From: Octopus vulgaris
Lineage: Eukaryota
Length of the DNA: 64,000 bases
Reading direction: 5' to 3'
Assembly: GCA_951406725.2 (NCBI GenBank)
Contig: OX597827.1
Location: forward strand, 21,700,001 to 21,764,000
A model generated the notes under the pieces. That model did no database searches. It saw nothing but the letters and a program-made list of their open reading frames with translations, and was not told the origin of the DNA. Shown here in pieces: positions 33,601-45,606 of this stretch (position 1 is its first letter; every line of letters begins with the position of its first letter). A program made the position numbers and the translations under genes.

Positions 33601-36600
33601 TCAGCGGAATTTGAACTCAGAACATAGCGGCAGACAAAATACCGGTAAGCATTTCACCCAGCGTGCTAACGATTGTTCCAGCTCGCCGCCTCATCAGAGT
33701 AAGACAAACATCATCTGAGTAGTGACACACGAGAACACATTTCAGCTTAATTGAATCTTGTCAATGATGTTCAATGGTATAATGTTGTGTCTCTATGAAG
33801 AGATTTTCTCTCAGACAAAAACCACAGCATCATACCTTTCAATGGTGTATATATGTTAAGTATGATACACTGGTGACTATTTTAATTAAACTAGTTTTAG
33901 CCAATTTATAAGATAAGGTATGTCATCACAAATTAGTTTCAGAAAGATAAATAATTTGTTCAGGTTTCCTAATTAGTGGACAAATGAATCATTAACAATG
34001 ATGAGAAAAGTATCCCAATTCCATGAGTAGCCTCAACATGGTTATTTCATCTTCTAGAAAGAGCAGTCAAATTGCCCGCAAATCATATCCTACAGTTTCA
34101 AAAGAAGAAAATGAGAGAGAGAATACACTGGACACACTATGTCTAAATAAAAGAAGGGATGGTCACAGTTGGATTTCTTCGATCTACTAAATCATAGCTG
34201 ATCTGAGGCTCAACAATATAAGGTTCACAGAAATAAAAACAATATTTGGTTTCTTGTCCTCCTCTACAAGTCATTCACTTACATCTGATGTGTCAAATAT
34301 TTGTTTCACTTGTAAAATATTGGTGATGTGCCATGTATATTTAGTAAACATTCCCAGAGGAAGAGCATCCTTGCGGACAAAACCTGTTGTATAGTTTGGT
34401 AAACGCTTTTTCTTGTTTCCTGAAGAGATTCTTTGCTGTAAACAATCAAAGAATGCCTGAGGTGCATGGAATACTAATGGTTCGGGGCTGCCTGGAAAAA
34501 CAATAGAAAAATACTACAGTGAATAAATTTATACAAAATTAACTTTATAAGTAAACACAAGGGTCCAGAATTGGAGGGCGGGGTGGGTGGTGTTGGGAAG
34601 AAACAAAGTATAATTGATCAAATTGACCCCAGTTTGAGCAGGGAGCAGAATCAGGAGTCAAGACAGAATATAATCAATCAATCATATTCCTCCACCCCAC
34701 CCCTTCAGTTGACCATTATTTTATTTCCTTAGGAAGAATGAAAGTCAAAGTTGGCCTCGACAGAATTTAAACATAAAGAGATGCCACTGAAAGGTAGTTG
34801 TGTGGTGCTCTACCGATTTTGTCAATCATTGCCCTAATTTATAAACAATTTTTAATACAGACATAAAGGTTTCAAATTTAGGGGATGTAGACCAACGGAT
34901 CTTTTCGATTTGAACGGCAGTTTTAAACATAATTTCTAGGTAATTAAAAAATTTTAAACTTCGTATACTGATAGAATGTGTTTATAAAACATCTTTTTCT
35001 CTTGGCTTTATTGAGAAAATTCTATAGTTTGTAAGATATTTGTTGTTTTTTCTTCTTCAATTTCTGCAATTTCAACCAATCAGTGACATCCATTGAGGTA
35101 AACAACATTCTGTGCCGTATGAATATGTCCCTCATTTAAGAAACAGATTGGGTTTATTTACATTTGTGAAGAAAAAAAAGATACCCTTCCCCCTACCTCT
35201 AACCCTAAAATAGATTGAAATGCAATAGATTGATACTAGGGTCATAATCATGGGTGACAATTTCATGACACCGCTAGAAAAAACTGCCGTTCAAACCGAA
35301 AAGATCCAGACCAACTGGTATCTTATGAAAGCAAAGTTCTCATTGTTAGAATTCAAACTGAAGAATGTACAAATACAGAAATACCAACAGATATTTTGTC
35401 TGGTGCTCAACCAATTCTAATTGATAATGGTGATAATGAGAACATTTGCTCTTTCAACACAGAAACTCAAGTTATAAAAATAAGCAGAATAACAAAGAAT
35501 ACAAACAAACAAGAAAAAAGTGTCTCACCTTCAAACTGATAATGCATTGTCTGGTTAATTCTCTCTGTCACACTACCTAACCATTGATGGAATGTCACAG
35601 CTACAGAACTTTCAACAAGTGGGACTGTAACTGAGGAAGATAAGAAATTTGACAGAGATGATCTCATAGAATATAGTCAAAGCAAGAATTTCAAAAAATA
35701 GCTACAGAATATAGAAACAATTATAGCGATGGAGAATCATCATCATCGTTTGAAAATCTAGTTTTGCATGGGTCAGATAAGAATAAGTTGGGGTAGAGTT
35801 TTCTACAGTCAGATGCCCCCCCACACCAGTGTAGAGAGTGAAAACAACCCCGACAAGGTTACACAAGAAACTGGAAATGAACGACACCTGTTGGATGAGC
35901 TTTTAATTTACAAGACTGCACAACATGCCAAGGACGCCGGATATGCTTTTGTGGTCAACTGGAAGAGAGGCCACTGCTTACAAACAGCAAACAACATACA
36001 AAGATGAGGAGAAATATGAGTGTGCATGCACACCACAGGCTTCTTTCAGTTTCCATCAACAAATCTACTGACAACACTGATCGATTCAGGGATATAGAAG
36101 ACACCCTGCTCAAAGTACCATGCAGTGGGACTGAACCTAAAACTATGTGGTTTGGAAGCAAACTTCTTAAGTACACAGTCCTGCCTACTACCTTCTGTAC
36201 TTTCCCCAATTAGTATTTCTATTTAACTAAATGAATTGAGTGACCCGAATGAAGCTGACAGCAGAAGCGGCACCAAGTTAAGAAAGTTAATATGCAGAAA
36301 AAATTCAAAGAAAAGCAGTCATAATAATAATATTAATAATAATAATGTTTGAAATTTTGCCACAAAGGCAGCAATTTTGGGGTTGGGATGAGTTGATTAC
36401 ATCACCCCCAGTGTTCAAATAGTACTTATTTTATTGACCCCAAAAGGTAAAGTCGACCTCAGGCAGAATTTGAACTCAGAACGTGAAAACAGACAAAATA
36501 CCACTAAGCATTTTGCCCAACATGCTAACAATTCTGCCAGTTTGCCACCTTAAAATAATAAAAATAATGGTTTCAAATTTTGGCACAAGGCCAGTAAACC

Positions 36601-39600
36601 CAAGGGCTGCATCATGCTCTGCTCTCTGCTTTGATACGATTTCTAAGGCTGGACAATCTTCCTAATGCCAACCACTTTACGGAGAGTACAGGATGCTTTC
36701 TTGTGACACCAGCACAAATGATCCTTACAAGACAAGAACCTTGCTGCTGAGAGGGGTACAGTCTCAGAGGATATGAAAGTATGATAAGAGTGTGTGTGTG
36801 TGTGTGAATGGATTTAGAAGGGGCTGGTCAATAATTGCTCAAATCCTCTCCATCCATCGCATACTGAAAGAAATGGAAAAGTTTAACAAGAGCATCACAA
36901 TCTGTTTTGTTGACATTCGTAAAGCATTTGATTCCATCAGCAGAGATCTTATGTTTAAAATCCTTGCACTCAATGGTATTCCTCCCAAGATTGTTGATGC
37001 TATCAGAGCGCTGTACACAGACTCCACTGCCATAGTTATATCTCCTGATGGAGATACTGATTTTTTTGGAGTTGAAGCAGGTGTTCTGCAGGGTGACACA
37101 CTCCCTCCTTTCTTGTTCACCATTGTTCTCGACCTCCTCCAATAATAGATCAATCAAAAACGTTGACGACTTCAGGTATCTTGGATCACACATAGTTGAC
37201 TCCCAAAAGGATTTTTGCATCTGCAAAGCTCTTGCTTGGGAAGCATGCAACAGACTTGATAAGTCTGTAGCTGTATTTTATCTGCTGTTACGTTCCGTGT
37301 TCAAATTCTGCAGAGGTCGACTTTGCCTTTCATACTTTCGGGGTCGATAAATCAAGTACAAGTTACACACTGGGGTCGATGTAATCAACTTAATTCGTTT
37401 GTCTGTCTTTGTTTGTCCCCTCTATGTTTAGCCCCTTGCGGGTAATAAAGAAACATATTTAGAAACACTGATTGAGCCTGTCCTTGTCTATGAATCAGAG
37501 ACCTGGATCTTATCACGTCTCTTAGAAAAACAACTAGATGGAACATATACCAAACTGCTCAGAAAGATACAGAACGTCATTTGGAGATCACACCCAACAC
37601 TTAGTAACATCTATGGAAATCTAATACCAATATCCCTCAAGCTAAAGTAGAAATGGCTACAATTTGCTGACCGTTGTCATTGAGCAGAGAAGGAGGTTAT
37701 CTCATTCCTGTCCTGTGGTGTTCCCCTGGAAGTGGTTTTCTCCAGGAAACTGACATTTCCAGATACTATATCTCAGGACAGAGAGGTGGCTATTAAAGGT
37801 CTGAACACAACACTGCAGGACCGTGTAGTGTGGAAAGGGATTGTCAATGGAGTTCTAACCAACCATAAGTTGGTCAAAGGATGATGATGACGATGATGTG
37901 GGCCTGTGTGTGTTGCTGAAGAGACACACACACACATATATATGTATGCATGCAATCATGTATGTGTTTCATGGTGTTATGGCATGTAACAAACCTCAAA
38001 ACAGTAGAATTCCAATCCAAAACTCCATCATTAACAAACATAGATCTGCTAACTAAACTTTTCGTATTGTACTTATAGCTTAATTTACTATCAACAGGAT
38101 AATATGAGAGAAAAGATATTCTATATCAGCAACAAGATACAAGAAAGATATCAACTTGAATGAATTTCAAAGACTATCACCAATTAATTTACCTGACTTT
38201 TTTGGTGGTGTACTAGATTTTGTCGGTTGTTGAATGGGTGTCGTTTGTTTGACTGGACTGGACTTGCGAGTCTCAATTCCTCCATCTTGTAATGTTAACA
38301 ATGCGCTACTTGCTTGAACTGGAATCATAAAAATATAGAAATTGTTGGTGTGAGGACATTGGCCAACTATAATAAGAAACTAAATACAAAGGTCATTGGT
38401 AGTCATTCTTAGGCATCATGCCCACTTTATTCCTCCTGTACTACTTATGCCCCCCAACCTGTTCCCTGTGGGTAGGCCCCAATACATCTCCAACACCGGC
38501 TCTCTCTCTCTCTCCTTTTATCATAATCTAACCTCTCGCATGGCACACAGCCACTTCCCTCGGTTCCACTCCCTCACTCAGCTCAGAGTCTTGCAAGCTA
38601 ATTGATGACTCCAGTGGTGCTGGTGCCACATAAAAAAGCACCCAGTCCACACTCTGTAAAGTGGTTGGCATAAGGAAAGGCATCCAGCCATAGAAACCAT
38701 GCCAAAACAGAGAATTGAAGCCTGGTGATGCTCTCTGGCTTGCTGTTAACTGTCAAACTGACCAACCCATGCTAGCATGGAAAACAGACAATAAATGATG
38801 ATGATGAACTAAAGACAGGACACAACTTATGATGGAAAATTTAGCCATCAAATGAATGGTTTTACTTAAAGAAACTGGTTTCAAGTTTTTGAAGTTTTTC
38901 AGGTTAAGTGAAGGTTTAGGTCAAACAGGATTGAGTTCTGAAGTAACATTGAGTGGATATGGAAGTTATTAAAGAGTTTGACCTGCAAAGAATTTAGTAG
39001 GACATTTTGGATTAAGTGTTAGTAACAATTAACCCTTTAGAATTTAAACCAGCCATATCCAGCCAAAATATCCTACCTGTTTTTATGCTCAAACAAGCCA
39101 GATCTGACCTCTTACACTTACCCTACAACATCATTCTAGCACCAAAACAATTTGAATAAAATCCAGCTAAAAAAGGAAATCCATACAACACTGTATTTGA
39201 AATATTAACAATGATAGTAAAAGGTAAATTATATCCACCTCCTTTAACCCTTTCGTTACTATATTTCTGACCAAATTACACCCCTTATGTGTTTCAATTA
39301 ATTTCTAACGTAATCATAAATTTAGTCTGGTTTCATTAAACAACTATAACTTTTTTATTTATCGATATATCAATCTGATTTTTGGAAGATAATTTAATGA
39401 AATATTCTCAACCAATTCTATACTATAATTTTTGTTACAAAGTGACTCTAATTGCAGGTAGATACAGGTAAATTCCACAAAATATAAAATTATTAAAATT
39501 TTGTTCAAACATCGCTATAGAAAATGGGTTATTAGCTAATATTCAATTGGGTATATAACAAAATTTTACGATAGAATTTGTTATTCTGGGTAACTTTCTG

Positions 39601-42600
39601 ATACCCATAATAATATTTACGGCAAAATAGTCTTAATTTCATTTAAGGTTGTGGGAAACCACAAACTATCGTTTCTTTCGTTTTGATTACGTTTAGCGTA
39701 ACGGTTCGTCTCCGCTGTAATGATTTCAAATAGGCTCATTCGAAAAAGTAAAAAGAAATAGTCTAAGGCTTTACTCTTCTGGGAAAGTCTGTGGCTTGGT
39801 CCAGTTTCTTCAGAAAAATCACCGAAAGAAACAGTTTTTAAATTTTCACTCCATTCAGGTGCCAATTCGTTTTCTTTATCGCTATCGGAGATCTCAGATT
39901 CACTGTTTTCACTTTCGGAAAATGAAACATCAGATTCATTATCAAATACCACATGCTTTTTTTTTCAGTCATAGAGTTAGATTTATGAAGGTCTTCAGTA
40001 GAAAATCCTTCGAATTCTGATATAATGAAATTCGTATCCATTTTTTGTCAGAATTACAAATTTTGAAAACACAATAGGAACAAATTTTGGAAAAAAATCT
40101 CCCAAAATTCACGGAATTAAAATTACACTTCGATTATTGTACAAAACTGTAGTTGAACTGTTTACGAAGTATAATACGTGTTTTCACGAATGTACTGAAG
40201 AGATTTGCTCTGATATTCTCATTTAAATATGAATAGGTAAATTTGGGCGGCTTTGGGCGGTTTGGTTTCATAAACCAAAATTTTGTTCGGGCGGCTTTGG
40301 GCGGTTTGGTAACGAAAGGGTTAATATTTTGAATATCCTGAGCCCCACGACAACTATGAATAACATTACCCTCACATAAAGAACAATACAGCCTCAAATA
40401 TAGCACATCTATAGGAATGAAATAAAAACAGATTAAATAATTTTATTCCCAACGACGATATCACCACTCCGAATTGCCTCAAAGTAGATGAGGCAATAAT
40501 CTTTTTTTAAATCCGATTCATAAATAGCACACAAACCCCAATGTGAAAATAGTTATAATAGTTGAGTACTTTTAGCACTTATATATGATTAATTCAAAAC
40601 AATGTGGATAAGCATTACATTTGACCGAATAAACTGAATGCTAAAGGGTTAAATGTTTGTATTGAAATGTTACTTGGTTACTACAAACACATTGCTCAAT
40701 TTGTGTGTGGAGGGACTTAATAAAAGATGTAGAGGTGTTGGGGTTGTAGCAAGAGATAGGCACTAGGGACAGATATGGGAGTAATACTCCCATTATGGGT
40801 ATGCCCTGGACCTTGTAGAATATCAGCAGCTGTAGGAGTCTGAAATATCTCTGGGCCCTAAAAAAAAAAAAGGTTGGGTTAGTCTTTAGAATGCTGTCCT
40901 AGCTATACTTTTGCCAGGAGGAAATTTACAGTAATTGTGAGGGTTTTAGTTGAGTGTCACTCATGCTTAGAGAGAGTGCTGAGCTATGGGGTTTCTTGAA
41001 ATGAGTAGCACTCAAGTTTTTATTTTGATCTTTTATTATAATCATCACATAAACTTAATTTGAGGAAATTAATGGAGAAACAGAGGAATAAAAAAGGAAA
41101 AGTGTACAAGCTCACCAAGCATGTCATCCTTGCGTAGCTTTTTAGCTGCCGGCCCTAATAAATGTTCGCCAGTGACCACCACTTCTAATGTGGTGGTATC
41201 ACTTGGTGTAATACTATTCTCAGTTGATGGTTGGTAAATTGTGATCAAATTATCTGCTGCAGGAGCTGGAAACAAACAACAACAAAATGTTAACTTTATT
41301 AAAAATAAATCAGCATACTTTGTAATATAAATTCTCTAAACAATACTCCCATTCATAAAATTAATATAGGTGCAGGAGTGGCTGTGTGGTAAGTAGCTTG
41401 CTTACCAACCACATGGTTCCAGGTTCAGTCCCACTGCGTGGAATCTTGGGCAAATGTCTTCTACTATAGCCTCGGGCTGACCAAAGCCTTGTGAGAGGAT
41501 TTGGTAGACGGAAACTGATAGAAGCCCGTCGTATATATGTATATATATATATGTGTGTGTTTGTCTGTCTGTGTTTGTCCCCCCACCCAACATCACTTGA
41601 CAACCGATGGTGGTGTGTTTACGTCCCCGTCACTTAGCGGTTCGGGAAAAGAGACCGATAGAATAAGTACTGGGCTTACAAAGAATAAGTCCCGGGATCG
41701 ATTTGCTCGACTAAAGGCGGTGCTCCAGCATGGCCGCAGTCAAATGACTGAAACAAGTAAAAGAGTAAAGAGTATACAATAACAAAAAAATCATCATCCT
41801 TTATATTTTCATAAACTACACTCTTTATTCACTCACACACACATTATAGACATTTGCAGCGAATATAGTATAGTTAAGCACAGCCCAAACATAACAATCA
41901 GCCTGTTCAATAAATAAATTTATGTCCCTACTTAATAAAGCCCCCAATAATTAAACTGAATAAAATCCAGCTAAAAAAGGAAATCCATACAACACTGTAT
42001 TTGAAATATTAATAATGATAGTAAAAGGTAAATTATAACCGACTCCTTTAATATTTTGAATATCCTGAGCCCCACGACAACTATGAATAACAATACCCTC
42101 ACATAAAGAACAATACAGCCTTAAGTATGGCACGATTATAGGAATGAAATAAAGACAGATTAAGTAATTTTATTCCCAACGACGATATCATCACTCCGAA
42201 TTGCCTCAAAGTAGATAAGGCAATAATCTTTTTTTAAATCCAACTCATAAATAGCACACAAGCCCCAATGTGAAAATAGTTTTAGCACTTGTACATCTGT
42301 TACTGGCACTCCGTTGGTTATGACGACAAGGGTTCCAATTGATTCTTTGATCAATGGAACAGCCTGCTTGTGAAATTTACGAGCATGTGGCTGAGAATTC
42401 CACAGACAAGTGTACCCTTAACGTAGTTCTCAGAGGGAGGTTCAGCATGACACAGAGTGTGACAAGGCTGGCCCCTTTGAAATACAGGTACTACTCATTT
42501 TTGCCAGCTGGAGCAATGTGAAATGAAGTGTCTTGCTCAAGGACACAATATGTCACCAGGAATTGAACTCATGACCTCACAACTGTGAACTGAAAACCCT

Positions 42601-45561
42601 AATCAGAAAACCACATGCCTTCACTTATACATCAGTGACACTCTTTTACAACTGCCATGCAATGCGAAAACATGGAAACACAAACATACACAGATTTACA
42701 TATCTGAATAAAGAAATTTTTTCAAATAAAAATTAATTACACAAAAAAAAACAAAACAAAAAAAAAAAGAGTGACATGAACATTTTAGAAAGTTTGTTTT
42801 TACAAACCTATGTTATGGGATAATCTACATAGAGGAACCACTGTCATACCAATTATCCCATGATACGCCATGCAGCGGGACCGAACTTGGAACCATGAGG
42901 TTGGGAAGCAAACTTCTTACCCACACAGCCATGTCTGTGCCTGCATACATGTGATTGTGTATTGGAGGCAATACTCGACAACCTCACCCAATCAGTCTTT
43001 TATTACTCAACCCAACAATAAAATGTCAGCCATAAAACATTAAAACACAAATCTTGACCCCAATTACATTTTCAGTTATTTTAAACCATGGGACAAAATT
43101 ATGAAAGCAAAAACTTTAGAAACAATTTTATTATGAGTTTTCCCGGATCTTTTCGGTTTGAACGGCAGTTTTTTCTAGCAGTGTCATATGAAATTGTCGT
43201 CCATAATTATGACCCTAGTATCGATCTATTGCAGTTCAATCTGTTTTAGGGTTAGGGGTGGGGGGAAGGGTATCTTTTTTTCTTCACAAATGTAAATAAA
43301 CCCAATCTGTTTCTTAAACGAGGGACATATTCATACGGCACAGAATGTTTTCTACCTCAATGGACGTCAGTGATTGGTTGAAATTGCAGAAATTGAAGAA
43401 AAAAACAACAAATATCTGACAAACTATAGAATTTTCTCAATAAAGCCAAGAGAAAAAGATGTTTTATTAACACATTCTACCAGTATACGAAGTTTAAAAT
43501 TTTTTAGTTACCTAGAAATTATGTTAAAAACTGCCGTTCAAACCGAAAAGATCCGTTTTCCCTTTAAAATCACAATGTTTCCTTTAATGTAACCAAAGGA
43601 AAGCCAGGGAAGCAATACTTACACTCACTTGTAGAATCTATATTTATGTAATATGCAAACTCTTCAGCAAGTTTATCATCACTGGCAAATGCACAGATGC
43701 AAGCATAAAAGTGTACACATCTTTTGGGACTGTCATCTTTTGCCAAACCAATTTTGTAATTCTGAAGTAAAAGAAAAAAAAAAAAAATTATTTTTCTGTT
43801 TTCCAGATCCTATTTTATTTAAATAGTGGATTATCGCACAAGTTAAAATGTTTTCATTGTTGCTTAACTAGGAGGAACAGACAGCAAACAATGTCCTTCC
43901 TTTTTTTTAAATTTTTTAGCACAATTCACTTGCAAACGGGGTTTCACTAAGAGAATAAACATTTCTTACATTAACACAATACATACACACATGCATACAA
44001 ATACATAGGTTTTGTTTTGGAACTGGATCTCAAAGCATATAAAAGCTATACATAATAGCATGTAAAACATCATTTAACATCCATTTTCCATGCTGGCGTG
44101 GGTTGGACGGTTTGATAGGAGCTGACAAGGCCAGGAGCAGCACCAGGTTCCATTGTTCTGATATAATTTCTATGGCTAGATGCCTTTCCTAATGCCAACC
44201 ACTTTACAGAGTGTACTAGGAGCATTTTCCAGGTTGAAAATGCCTTTTGGATAGAAAAACTTGAAGGCTACCCATGGGACTTCAAACTACACCTCCTGTA
44301 GATATGATAGGCTTTCTACCACTGGACCAAAGCATCCTTCAACTTTTTCCATTCTAGAAACTTCAATCTTACCAGCAAGAGTTATAAAAAATTCATTTTC
44401 ATATCAAGCTATACATAAACACAACTTAACAATGAACAGAACAATTACTAATACATCATCTCCATCATCATCATCATCATCATCATTTAATGTTCATTTT
44501 CCATGCTAGCATGGGTTGGACAATTTGACAGGACTGGCGAACCAGATGGCTGCACCAGGCTCCAATCTGATCTGGCAGAGTTTCTACAGCTGGATGCCCT
44601 TCCTAACACCAACCACTCCGAGAGTGTAGTTGGTGCTTTTACGTGCCACCGGCACAGGGGCCAGTCGGGCGGTACTGGCAATGGCCACGATCGAATGGTG
44701 CTTTTTACGTTCCACTGGCATGGAAGCCAGTCAGCTGCTCTGGCAACGATCACGCTCAGATGGTGCTCTTAGCACTCCACTAGCATGATGCCAGTCATTG
44801 AATTTGATTTCAATTTCACTTGCCTCAACAGGTCTTCACAAGCAGAGTTTAGTGTCCAATGAAGGAAAGATATGCATAAGTGGGCTGGTTACACCCCTGG
44901 CATAGGCCATGGCTTATGGTCTCACTTGGCTTGCCAGGTCTTCTCAAACACAGCATATTTCCAAAGGTCTCAGTCACTAGTCATTGCCTCAGTGAGGCCT
45001 AATGTTCGAAGGTCGTGCTTCACCACCTCATCCCAGGTCTTCCTTGGTCTACCTCTTCCACAGGTTCTCTCAAGCACTAGTGTGTGACACTTTTTCATAC
45101 AGCTACCCTCATCCATTCTCACTACATGACCATACCAGTGCAGTAGAAAAGAACAGTGACTCTGAAATTGTGGATCTGCCAACCTTCTCCAGACTATACA
45201 TACACAACATAGGTGCAGATATAGCTGTATGGTAAGAAGTTTGCTTCCCAACCACATAGTTCCAGGTTCAGTCCCACTGTGTGACACCTTGGGTAAGTGG
45301 TTTCTACTATAGTCTTGGGCCAACCAAATCCCTGTGAGTGGCCTTGGTAGACAGAAACTGAAAACATCATGTGTGTCTTTGTGTCAGTGATTGTCCCCCA
45401 CAACTGCCTGACAAATGGTCTTGGTGTATTTAACACCCTATAACTTAGCAGTTCAGCAGAAGGAGCCAATAGAAGAACTATCAGGTTTAGAAAAACAGGA
45501 CTGGAGTTGATTCATTTGGCTAAAATTTCTTCGAAGTAGTGCCCTAGTATGGCAAGATAAC

Positions 45562-45606
<45 letters not shown>

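Larger units (their letters stand above)
39029..40652. mobile_element. Outer piggyBac-type MITE (TTAA-CCCTTTAG...CTAAAGGG-TTAA) enclosing the NUMT and piggyBac
   Basis: Matching termini and TTAA; a related uninterrupted copy at about 52847-53025. Confidence 0.7.

Noticed and set aside
41367-41440. tRNA gene candidates (A/B boxes)
   Set aside because: No full cloverleaf; they continue into multicopy SINE bodies.
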